DNA of 32,000 nt from positions 2,406,881 through 2,438,880 of the forward strand of contig NZ_CP059566.1 in assembly GCF_014054945.1 (NCBI RefSeq), in the 5' to 3' direction. This stretch comes from Neisseria sicca (GTDB lineage: Bacteria > Pseudomonadota > Gammaproteobacteria > Burkholderiales > Neisseriaceae). Under the pieces are notes generated by a model. The model ran no database searches. It was not told the origin of the DNA and worked only from the letters and a program-made list of their open reading frames with translations. This document shows positions 24,733 through 32,000 of this stretch, in pieces. Made by a program: the position numbers and the translations under genes. Every line of letters starts with the position of its first letter. The stretch's first letter is position 1.

Positions 24733-27570
24733 TCAGTCTTTCAACTTCGCCAACTGATTTTGCACTTTCGCCATCTTATCTTCCAACTCCGCCAAATCGG
24801 CTTTGTCTTTTTCCACCAGATGCGCGGGGGCTTTTTCGGTGTAGCCGGGTTTGGAGAGTTTGGCATTGAGTTTGTCCAAGGCTTTTTGCAGCTTCTCGGC
24901 TTCTTTGCTCAAACGGGCGGCTTCGGCGGCTTTGTCGATTTCGACTTTCAGCATCAGGCGTGCGCCGTTGCAGACGGCGACGGGCGCGTCTTCGCTTTCG
25001 GGAAGGGCGGCGACTTGCTGTGCTTCGGTCAGGCGGGTCATCATCGGCAGGTATTTGAGGTAGTCCGCCAAGTCGTCCGCGCTTTCGACAAACAGGGGGG
25101 CTTTCACGTTGGGCTGGATACCCATTTCGCCACGCAGGTTGCGGACGGCGCCGATTAAATCCTGCAACACGGTCATTTGCTCGAAGGTCGTCTGAACGAT
25201 TTGTTCGCGGTCGGCTTCGGGGAAGCGGGCAAGCATGATGCTGTCGGCGGTTTTCGCGTCGCACATGGGGGCGACGGTTTGCCACAGTTCTTCGGTGATG
25301 AACGGGATAATCGGATGCAGCAGGCGCAGGGCTGCTTCGAGTACGCGTAACAAGGTATGGCGTGTGGCGCGCTGGCGGCTGGCGCAGCCGGTTTGGAGCT
25401 GTACTTTGGCAAGTTCCAGATACCAGTCGCAATAGTCGTTCCATACGAAGCTGTACAGGGTTTCCGCCGCCAAATCAAAGCGGTAGGTTTCATAGGCTTG
25501 CGTTACTTGCTCGATGGTCTGATTCAGACGGCCTATGATCCACATATCGGGGAAGGAGTAGCCGCGCGGTTCGGCGGCGGTTGCGCCGTAGCCGCAGTCT
25601 TGGTTTTCGGTGTTCATCAAGACGAAGTTGGTGGCGTTCCAGATTTTGTTGCAGAAGTTGCGGTAGCCTTCGGCGCGTTTGAAGTCGAAGTTGACCGAAC
25701 GACCCAAGCTGGCGTAGCTCGCCATGGTGAAGCGCAAAGCGTCCGCGCCCATGCTGGGGATGCCTTCGGGGAAGAGTTTTTTCGTGGCTTCTTCCACTTT
25801 CGGCGCGGTTTCGGGTTTGCGCAGACCGGTCGTGCGTTTCACCAGCAGCTTGTCCAAGTCGATGCCGTCAATCAAATCGACGGGGTCGATGACGTTGCCT
25901 TCGGATTTGGACATTTTTTTGCCTTCGTGGTCGCGCACGATGCCGTGGATGTACACGTCTTTAAACGGTACTTTGCCGGTGAAGTGGGTGGTCATCATAA
26001 TCATGCGCGCCACCCAGAAGAAGATAATTTCGTAGCCGGTAACCAAGACGTTGGACGGCAGGAAGGCTTTGAGTTCGTCGGTTTCAGACGGCCAGCCGAG
26101 CGTGGAGAACGGCACGAGCGCGGAGGAGAACCATGTGTCCAATACGTCTTCTTCGCGGGTCAAGCCTGTTTTGCCGGCTTGTTTTTCGGCTTCTTCCTGA
26201 TTGCGGGCGACGTAAACATTGCCTGCTTCGTCGTACCACGCGGGGATTTGATGGCCCCACCACAGTTGGCGCGAGATACACCAGTCTTGGATATTGTTCA
26301 TCCATTGGTTGTAGGTGTTGACCCAGTTTTCAGGGATGAAGCGCACTGCGCCGCTATCAACGGCTTTTTTGGCTTTGTCGGCGAGGCTTAAGCCTTTGAA
26401 TTCGCTGTCAGGCTCGCCGCCGTTTGGTGTGGCAGACATGGCGACAAACCATTGGCTGGTCAGCATCGGTTCAATCACCGAACCTGTGCGGTCGCCTTTC
26501 GGTGTCATCAGCGTGTGCGCTTTGATTTCGACCAACAAGCCTTGTTCCTGCAAATCGGCAACCATTTGTTTGCGCGCGGCAAAGCGGTCTAAGCCTGCGT
26601 ATTTTTCAGGCAGGGCAAAGCCTTGTTGCGCTTCGCCTTTGAAGTTGAACACTTCGGCGTTTGCCAGCACTTTGGCTTCCAAGTCGAACACATTAACCAA
26701 GCGCGTGTCGTGGCGTTTGCCGACTTCGTAGTCGTTGAAGTCGTGCGCAGGCGTGATTTTCACACAGCCGGTACCGAAGTCTTTTTCGACGTATTCGTCG
26801 GCAATCACGGGGATGGTGCGGCCGGTCAGCGGCAGGATTAATTCTTTGCCGATCAAATGGGTATAACGTTCGTCTTCAGGATTGACGGCAACGGCAACGT
26901 CGCCCAGCAGCGTTTCGGGACGGGTGGTCGCCACGATAACGGCTTCGGCGGGATTGTCGGCCAACGGATAGCGGATGTGCCACATAGAGCCTTGTTCTTC
27001 CACGCTTTCCACTTCCAAATCCGATACCGCCGTGCCCAATACCGGATCCCAGTTCACCAAGCGTTTGCCGCGGTAAATCAAGCCCTGTTCATACAGGCGT
27101 ACGAACACTTCGGTCACGGTTTCGGCGCGCACGTCGTCCATCGTGAAATACTCGCGCGTCCAGTCGGCAGAGCAGCCCACGCGGCGCATTTGTTGGGTAA
27201 TCGTGCCGCCGGAAACTTCTTTCCATTCCCACACTTTTTCCAAGAATTTCTCGCGGCCCAAGTCATGACGGGACACATTTTGCGCGGCAAGCTGACGCTC
27301 GACCACGATTTGCGTGGCGATGCCGGCGTGGTCGGTGCCGGGAATCCAGGCGGTGTTGCAGCCTTTCATGCGGTAGTAGCGGGTCAGGCCGTCCATAATG
27401 GTTTGGTTGAAGGCATGGCCCATATGCAGCGTACCGGTTACGTTGGGCGGCGGCAGTTGGATGGAAAAAGACGGTTTGGTCAAATCCATATCGGGCTGGA
27501 AATAACCTTGGGTTTCCCAGTTTTGATAGTGTTTGGATTCGATTTCGGCGGGATTGTATTTGTCTAACAT
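24733..27570 (-). CDS. valS: Valine--tRNA ligase
   Basis: 945 aa, class I aaRS. HIGH motif ([12 protein letters not shown]), KMSKS motif (KKMSKSEGN), CP1 editing domain and a C-terminal coiled coil (…[14 protein letters not shown]). Confidence 0.95.
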   Translation of the reverse strand: MLDKYNPAEIESKHYQNWETQGYFQPDMDLTKPSFSIQLPPPNVTGTLHMGHAFNQTIMDGLTRYYRMKGCNTAWIPGTDHAGIATQIVVERQLAAQNVSRHDLGREKFLEKVWEWKEVSGGTITQQMRRVGCSADWTREYFTMDDVRAETVTEVFVRLYEQGLIYRGKRLVNWDPVLGTAVSDLEVESVEEQGSMWHIRYPLADNPAEAVIVATTRPETLLGDVAVAVNPEDERYTHLIGKELILPLTGRTIPVIADEYVEKDFGTGCVKITPAHDFNDYEVGKRHDTRLVNVFDLEAKVLANAEVFNFKGEAQQGFALPEKYAGLDRFAARKQMVADLQEQGLLVEIKAHTLMTPKGDRTGSVIEPMLTSQWFVAMSATPNGGEPDSEFKGLSLADKAKKAVDSGAVRFIPENWVNTYNQWMNNIQDWCISRQLWWGHQIPAWYDEAGNVYVARNQEEAEKQAGKTGLTREEDVLDTWFSSALVPFSTLGWPSETDELKAFLPSNVLVTGYEIIFFWVARMIMMTTHFTGKVPFKDVYIHGIVRDHEGKKMSKSEGNVIDPVDLIDGIDLDKLLVKRTTGLRKPETAPKVEEATKKLFPEGIPSMGADALRFTMASYASLGRSVNFDFKRAEGYRNFCNKIWNATNFVLMNTENQDCGYGATAAEPRGYSFPDMWIIGRLNQTIEQVTQAYETYRFDLAAETLYSFVWNDYCDWYLELAKVQLQTGCASRQRATRHTLLRVLEAALRLLHPIIPFITEELWQTVAPMCDAKTADSIMLARFPEADREQIVQTTFEQMTVLQDLIGAVRNLRGEMGIQPNVKAPLFVESADDLADYLKYLPMMTRLTEAQQVAALPESEDAPVAVCNGARLMLKVEIDKAAEAARLSKEAEKLQKALDKLNAKLSKPGYTEKAPAHLVEKDKADLAELEDKMAKVQNQLAKLKD

Positions 27571-27646
27571 GGTAAAAAATGCTGTCTGTAAAAGGGTTTG
27601 CGGGCAAACGTCTGTTTAAAAAATAATTGCGGATTATAGCGCAAAA

Positions 27647-27682
27647 AGGTCGTCTGAAACGGAATATCGTTTCAGACGACCT
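27647..27682. terminator. Inverted DUS pair after the HTH gene
   Basis: aggtcgtctgaa (27647-27658) and ttcagacgacct (27671-27682), followed by ttttt. Confidence 0.6.
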
Positions 27683-27705
27683 TTTTGAAACAAATCGAAA
27701 CGGGC

Positions 27706-27999
27706 TTATTTGCCTTTGTCGGATTTGGCTTCTTTTTTCAAGGAAGCGTACAACTCAGGGTCGCGGTTTTTCAGCAGGGAGGCAATCGCCAAATCGTCGC
27801 GGTTTACTTTTGCCAAGTCAACGCGTTCGATGTGTACCAAGCGCAGCAGCTCGCGTACAGGTTTGGGCATATTGCGGCCAGATTCGTAACGTGAACCACC
27901 GGACTGAGTTACGCCGATACGGCTCCAAAAGTCCATTTGGTTCAAACCGAGTTTTTTGCGGATATCGCGGATGTTGTCAATTTTCTCAAACGACTTCAT
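27706..27999 (-). CDS. Small XRE/Cro-type helix-turn-helix protein
   Basis: 97 aa from ATG 27999 (MKSFEKIDNIRDIRKKLGLNQMDFWSRIGVTQSGGSRYESG...) behind aaggaa RBS, with a lysine-rich tail. The longer track ORF (to 28086) adds 29 residues with no RBS. Confidence 0.7.
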   Translation of the reverse strand: MKSFEKIDNIRDIRKKLGLNQMDFWSRIGVTQSGGSRYESGRNMPKPVRELLRLVHIERVDLAKVNRDDLAIASLLKNRDPELYASLKKEAKSDKGK

Positions 28000-28451
28000 G
28001 AAAATTCCTTTTTCTTCTGTATTGTTTGTTGATAAGCAATTCTGCTTCTTCACATTGGGAAAGTGCAAATTAGTTTTCGACGGCAAAGTTCCTTACAGGG
28101 GAAATCATTAATTGCGACATAGAAAACTATCTATACTGAATTGTTAGACAGTATATTCGAAAGAAGTTTTGTAGAATTCTTCATAAATTGGCTAAATATT
28201 TCCAAGTTAAATATTTTATAGAAGAAAAAACATTTAAAACAATAGGATAGCAATTGGGTATCGGTAATATTTTACACAAATAAACAGTCGTTTCGGGAAT
28301 GTTGCGTTTGACATTATTTATTATACATAATTGTTTTGCATGAAATTATGGAGAAAGTACAGTGGAGATGGGCAAATTTGTCTATATCTCAGTCCGATGT
28401 TTAGATCTGGATTGGGTGGTCGGGAATGGTTTTGATAGAGGCAATTTAAAA

Positions 28452-28514
28452 AGGTCGTCTGAAAACGAGGTTTGTGGGTTTCGCCAACAACCTTGTTTAT
28501 ATTTCAGACGACCT
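28452..28514. terminator. Inverted DUS pair with extended imperfect stem, after map
   Basis: aggtcgtctgaa (28452-28463) and ttcagacgacct (28503-28514). The 39-nt spacer is itself partly self-complementary. T-run follows. Confidence 0.55.
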
Positions 28515-28545
28515 TTTTGCTTTGAAAGCGGGATGGTTTGACAGA

Positions 28546-29325
28546 TTAGGGTTTGCCGGTGGCAGGGCTGATGGTCAGGATTTCGTAGCCGGTTTCTGTC
28601 ACTAAAACTTCATGTTCCCATTGGGCGGAGAGGGAGCGGTCTTTGGTTACGACCGTCCAGCCGTCGTTTAGGATGCGCAGGTGGCGTTTGCCTTGGTTGA
28701 TCATCGGTTCGATGGTGAAAATCATGCCGGGCTTCAGGACGACGCCTTGTCCTTTCCGACCGTAGTGCAGGACTTGCGGGGCTTCGTGGAAACCGCGTCC
28801 GATGCCGTGGCCGCAAAATTCCTGTACGACGGAGTAGCCTGCGTTTTCGGCAACTTGTTGGCAGGCGTAGCCGATGTCGCCCAAGGTCGCGCCGGGTTTG
28901 ACGGCGGCGATGCCTGCCATCATGGATTCGTGGGTGATGTCGATCAGGCGTTGGGCGATGGGGGAGACTTTGCCGACGGTAAACATGCGGCTGGAGTCGC
29001 CGTGGAAGCCGTCTTTTTTGATGGTCAGGTCGATGTTGATGATGTCGCCTTCTTTGAGCGGCTTGTCGTCGGGAATGCCGTGGCAGATGACGTGGTTGAC
29101 GGAGGTGCAGCAGGATTTGGGGTAGGGCGGGTTGCCGTAGTGCAGGGGGGCGGGATAGCCGCCTTGGACGTTGACGTGGTAGTCGTAAACGAGTTTGTCG
29201 ATTTCGTTGGTGGTTACGCCGGGTTTGACGAATTGTCCGATGTAGTCGAGGGCTTCGGCAACGAGTTTGCCCAGTTCGCGCATTTTCTCGATTTCTTCGG
29301 GGGTTTTGATGATGATTTCGTTCAT
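28546..29325 (-). CDS. map: Type I methionine aminopeptidase
   Basis: 259 aa, aaggaa RBS. Metal-ligand contexts are present (DIINIDLT, GHGIG, FTIEPM, QWEHEVLVT). Confidence 0.93.
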   Translation of the reverse strand: MNEIIIKTPEEIEKMRELGKLVAEALDYIGQFVKPGVTTNEIDKLVYDYHVNVQGGYPAPLHYGNPPYPKSCCTSVNHVICHGIPDDKPLKEGDIINIDLTIKKDGFHGDSSRMFTVGKVSPIAQRLIDITHESMMAGIAAVKPGATLGDIGYACQQVAENAGYSVVQEFCGHGIGRGFHEAPQVLHYGRKGQGVVLKPGMIFTIEPMINQGKRHLRILNDGWTVVTKDRSLSAQWEHEVLVTETGYEILTISPATGKP

Positions 29326-29342
29326 GTTGTTTCCTTGATGGT

Positions 29343-29379
29343 TTCAGACGACCTTGTTGCGGCACAAAGGTCGTCTGAA
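29343..29379. terminator. Inverted DUS pair
   Basis: ttcagacgacct (29343-29354) and aggtcgtctgaa (29368-29379). Confidence 0.55.
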
Positions 29380-29502
29380 AGGGAAGGGGATGAGTCGGCA
29401 GCTTGCTTTTGGAACACTGCAACGAGGTGTGCGGACGTTTCGGCTGTTTTGGATTCGCGACTGATGCCTGAAGTTCAAATTAAAGCCGAATGCCAGTCCG
29501 CA

Positions 29503-30108
29503 CTAGAATAGATTGTCGATGACTTCTTTGGATTTGGAAGGAGCCTTAGGTTTCGGTGTCGGCTTAGGTGCCGGTTTGGCTGCTTCGGGTTGACGCTGTT
29601 CGGGTTTTGCCGCGGGTTTGGATTCGGTCGGCTGTTCCGACGGCGTACGTCTGTTGCCTGCTGCGGCGGGTGTGCTGCGCGGCGTTTTTTCTTCGATATC
29701 GGGCGTTTCGGTTACAGCAGGTTTGGCGTTTGCTTTGTTATTGGCGGGTTTGTCTTCTGAGGCTTCGTCCTCAGTCGGGGCGGTGTTGCTGTTTTTGCCG
29801 TTTGATTTGTTTTTGGGCGGGATGACGGGATTTCTGGAATCGGTTTTTTCGTCGTCGTCAAGCTCGGCTTTGGCGGCAGGCTTGGTTCTGTCCTCTTCGG
29901 GAGCGCCGATGGGGCGCCAGACTTCGACAGGGGTGTCTTTGGGAACGGGTTTGTTTTTAATGGCTTCGCGTTCTTGGGAATCGTGGCTTTTGATGGTGCT
30001 GATGACGCCGATGACCAAGGCGGCAACAGCAATGATGCAGACGCCGAAAAAGGCTCCGATTAAATGTTTGGGTTTGAGTTGGAATGAGGATTTAGGGGTT
30101 TTGGACAT
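29503..30108 (-). CDS. Membrane-anchored low-complexity (Pro/Lys/Ala/Glu-rich) protein, hypothetical
   Basis: 201 aa. Short basic N-terminus, one TM (IGAFFGVCIIAVAALVIGVISTI), then an extended PK/PA/PE-rich region ending EVIDNLF. The RBS is weak and the low complexity generates shadow ORFs in other frames. Confidence 0.55.
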   Translation of the reverse strand: MSKTPKSSFQLKPKHLIGAFFGVCIIAVAALVIGVISTIKSHDSQEREAIKNKPVPKDTPVEVWRPIGAPEEDRTKPAAKAELDDDEKTDSRNPVIPPKNKSNGKNSNTAPTEDEASEDKPANNKANAKPAVTETPDIEEKTPRSTPAAAGNRRTPSEQPTESKPAAKPEQRQPEAAKPAPKPTPKPKAPSKSKEVIDNLF

Positions 30109-30154
30109 GATAAATCGGTAAAAATGAAATCAATCGGGCGGATTGTATCGTAAT

Positions 30155-30190
30155 AGGTCGTCTGAAACAAAATCAGGTTTCAGACGACCT
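30155..30190. terminator. Inverted DUS pair after dolP
   Basis: aggtcgtctgaa (30155-30166) and ttcagacgacct (30179-30190). Confidence 0.6.
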
Positions 30191-30208
30191 GTCAGTCAAG
30201 GGGCAATC

Positions 30209-30820
30209 CTATGGCTGTTGGGTGTAGTTTTGATACAGGGTAACGACTTTTTGTACGCCCACGGTGGTGCTGACGCGTTGGGTCACTTTTTCCTGTTCTT
30301 CAGGCGTCAGGATACCCATCACATAGGTCACGTTGCCGTAGGTCACGATTTTGACGCGCGCCTGCGTGGTGGGTTTGAGGCCCAAAAGGGCGGTGCGGAC
30401 TTTGGATGTGCCCCATGTGTCGTTGGTTACGTCGCCGAAGGTGCGTCCTTGGGGGGCGACGGTGATGTAGTTGTACACGCCTTCGGCGGCCTGCTCGGCG
30501 CGGGCGATTTGTTCGACGAATTGTTTTTCGCCTTCAGTGGCGACTTGTCCGAGCAGCAGCAGGTGGCGGTTGTAGCCGACGACGTTGAGTTTGGGGGTGT
30601 AACCCTGCGCTTGGTTGTTTTGGCGCAGGTAGGAGCGGGCGGTAGTTTCGACGCGTACCGCCATTACGTTGTCGTCGGTTTGCGCGCCTGTGGTGCGGCG
30701 GTCGACGGCGGATTTGGTGCCGACTGCCGCGCCGCCGAGGAGTACGCCGACACAGCCGCTGAGTGTCAGGCTGAGGAGGAGGGCGGTCAGAACGGGTGCG
30801 GTATGACGTTTGATGTTCAT
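30209..30820 (-). CDS. dolP: Dual-BON-domain outer-membrane lipoprotein DolP/YraP (GNA2091-like)
   Basis: 203 aa with lipobox LTLSGC and two BON-like repeats. It lies in the conserved yraN-diaA/gmhA-yraP arrangement. Confidence 0.8.
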   Translation of the reverse strand: MNIKRHTAPVLTALLLSLTLSGCVGVLLGGAAVGTKSAVDRRTTGAQTDDNVMAVRVETTARSYLRQNNQAQGYTPKLNVVGYNRHLLLLGQVATEGEKQFVEQIARAEQAAEGVYNYITVAPQGRTFGDVTNDTWGTSKVRTALLGLKPTTQARVKIVTYGNVTYVMGILTPEEQEKVTQRVSTTVGVQKVVTLYQNYTQQP

Positions 30821-30854
30821 ATTTTTTCCTTGATGATGGGTTCGGCGGATATGT

Positions 30855-30885
30855 TTCAGACGACCTTTAAAAGAGGTCGTCTGAA
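30855..30885. terminator. Inverted DUS pair
   Basis: ttcagacgacct (30855-30866) and aggtcgtctgaa (30874-30885). Confidence 0.55.
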
Positions 30886-30892
30886 AAAAGGC

Positions 30893-31486
30893 TTACATTC
30901 CTTCAAGCAACATGGAGTCGATGCAGTCGCACATGGCGTGTATCAGCAGGATATGGTTTTCCTGAATGCGGGCGGTGCGCGGGTAGGGGACGTTGAGCAG
31001 TACATCGGTGTCTTTGAGCATGGCGGCGATTTTACCTCCGTCGCGGCCGGTCATGGCGATGATGTGCATATCGCGTTCGTGTGCCGCTTTAATGGCTTCG
31101 ATAACGTTGGCAGAGTTGCCGGAGGTGGAGATGCCGACCAAAACGTCGCCGGCGCGTCCGAGCGCGCGCACTTGTTTGCTGAACACATGGTCAAAGCCGT
31201 AGTCGTTGCCGATGGCGGTCAGCGCGGACGTGTCCGTCGTCAGCGCGACGGCAGCAAGTTCCATCCGCTCTTTTTCAAAGCGTCCGGTCATTTCGGCGGC
31301 GAAGTGCTGCGCGTCGGCAGCCGAACCGCCGTTGCCGCAGGCTAAAATTTTGCCGTCATTCATCAGGCATTGCAGCATCAATTCCGCTGCTTGAGCAGTC
31401 GGCTCGACCAATACTTTTTCGGCTTCCTGCTTGGCAAGGATGCTTTCGGCGAAATGGGCGGCAACGCGCTCTTGTAATGTCGTCAT
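30893..31486 (-). CDS. gmhA: SIS-domain phosphoheptose isomerase (GmhA/DiaA family)
   Basis: 197 aa with CGNGGSAADAQHFAAE, GISTSGNSANV and ARIQE.H. Sequence alone does not separate a GmhA role from a DiaA role. In Neisseria this cluster gene is usually annotated gmhA. Confidence 0.8.
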   Translation of the reverse strand: MTTLQERVAAHFAESILAKQEAEKVLVEPTAQAAELMLQCLMNDGKILACGNGGSAADAQHFAAEMTGRFEKERMELAAVALTTDTSALTAIGNDYGFDHVFSKQVRALGRAGDVLVGISTSGNSANVIEAIKAAHERDMHIIAMTGRDGGKIAAMLKDTDVLLNVPYPRTARIQENHILLIHAMCDCIDSMLLEGM

Positions 31487-31490
31487 ATCG

Positions 31491-31838
31491 TCAACCTGTA
31501 ATATTCTTTATCCATTCGGGTGGGCGGTTTCCTTCTATCAGCACCGCATCGATGCGGCACGCGCTATCCGTCATGCCGTTTTGTTGCAGATAATACTCCG
31601 CAGACCGTTGCAGTTTCAATAACTTAGATGGCGAAATACTGTATGCGGCACCGCCGAAACCCTGATTTTTGCGGTATTTTACTTCAACAAACAGAATCAT
31701 GTTACCGTTTTTGACAATCAAATCGATTTCGCCGTAAGCGCAGTGCCAGTTGCGCGCCACGAGTTTGCAGCCTTGCGAAAGAAGAAACGCCAGCGCGGCA
31801 TCTTCGCCCGCCACCCCTTGTTTGTGATTCAGACGCAT
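31491..31838 (-). CDS. yraN: YraN-family (UPF0102) putative endonuclease
   Basis: 115 aa with G..GEDAA..FL...G......NW....GEIDLI......ILFVEVKYR, typical of UPF0102. Stop is 4 nt before the gmhA start. Confidence 0.8.
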   Translation of the reverse strand: MRLNHKQGVAGEDAALAFLLSQGCKLVARNWHCAYGEIDLIVKNGNMILFVEVKYRKNQGFGGAAYSISPSKLLKLQRSAEYYLQQNGMTDSACRIDAVLIEGNRPPEWIKNITG

Positions 31839-31893
31839 GGAAGTTTACCCCGTATAATATCGTTATATTGTTTTCAGACGACCTGATAAAGCC

Positions 31894-32000
31894 ATGTTTC
31901 AAAAACACCTTCAAAAAGCCGCCGACAGTATTGAAAAACGGACATTATACGTTGTCGCCACGCCCATCGGCAATTTGGCGGACATCACCCTGCGCGCGCT
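31894..32000 (+). CDS. rsmI: 16S rRNA 2'-O-ribose C1402 methyltransferase RsmI (N-terminal fragment, runs off the window)
   Basis: MFQKHLQKAADSIEKRTLYVVATPIGNLADITLRA. The LYVVATPIGNL.DIT motif is the RsmI N-terminus. It is divergent from yraN as in other proteobacteria (yraL). Confidence 0.75.
   Translation, partial: MFQKHLQKAADSIEKRTLYVVATPIGNLADITLRA

Noticed and set aside
25357-27567. Plus-strand ORFs 25357-26391 (344 aa) and 26857-27567 (236 aa) opposite valS
   Set aside because: Antisense shadows of valS, Gly/Val/Ala/Phe-rich with no motifs.
28610-31345. ORFs 28610-29422 (minus), 28681-29511 (plus), 29618-30121 (plus), 29712-30032 (minus) and 30143-31345 (plus, 400 aa)
   Set aside because: Shadows of map, the low-complexity membrane protein, dolP and gmhA. 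Several cross DUS hairpins and gene boundaries.

Overview
This window is Neisseria chromosome. It is saturated with the 12-mer DNA uptake sequence in the AGGTCGTCTGAA dialect, which I recall being described for the N. mucosa/N. sicca group of commensals. I count about three dozen exact 10-nt cores by eye, mostly as inverted pairs acting as intergenic hairpins. Three complete ~157-bp Correia repeat-enclosed elements (CREEs) and one edge-truncated copy are also present.

Core genes, in order:
- parC
- a PilS/PilR-type sensor kinase plus sigma-54 activator pair
- ftsE-ftsX
- initiator tRNA-fMet
- a ClC chloride channel
- ppc
- a divergent MoaC-like gene plus a MoeB/ThiF-type E1
- a YcxB-like membrane protein
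- valS
- a small XRE-type HTH protein
- map
- the dolP(yraP)-gmhA/diaA-yraN cluster, with divergent rsmI running off the window

The main accessory element is an apparently intact ~7-kb Nf/MDA-type filamentous (inovirus) prophage at about 11.8-18.8 kb. Its modules are an HUH Rep, a pV-size ORF, a pVIII-type coat, a TspB/pIII-like adsorption protein, a pVI-like ORF, Zot/pI and a 51-aa ORF absent from the track. These are followed by ~400 nt of highly structured non-coding DNA and an IS110/Piv-family recombinase. The prophage sits between the ppc stop codon and what looks like the displaced DUS-pair terminator of ppc. It is bracketed by a 9-bp direct repeat exactly 7,000 bp apart and contains no exact DUS.

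Other points worth a second look:
- two tandem, strongly diverged paralogous small membrane genes whose DUS-containing leaders are better conserved than the coding sequence
- an ORF-less AT-rich 0.45-kb region
- low-GC orphan membrane genes
- a compound palindromic repeat next to the tRNA
- two foreign-dialect DUS copies inside valS

No rRNA and no CRISPR array were seen. All homology statements are from reading the translations and from memory, not from database searches.
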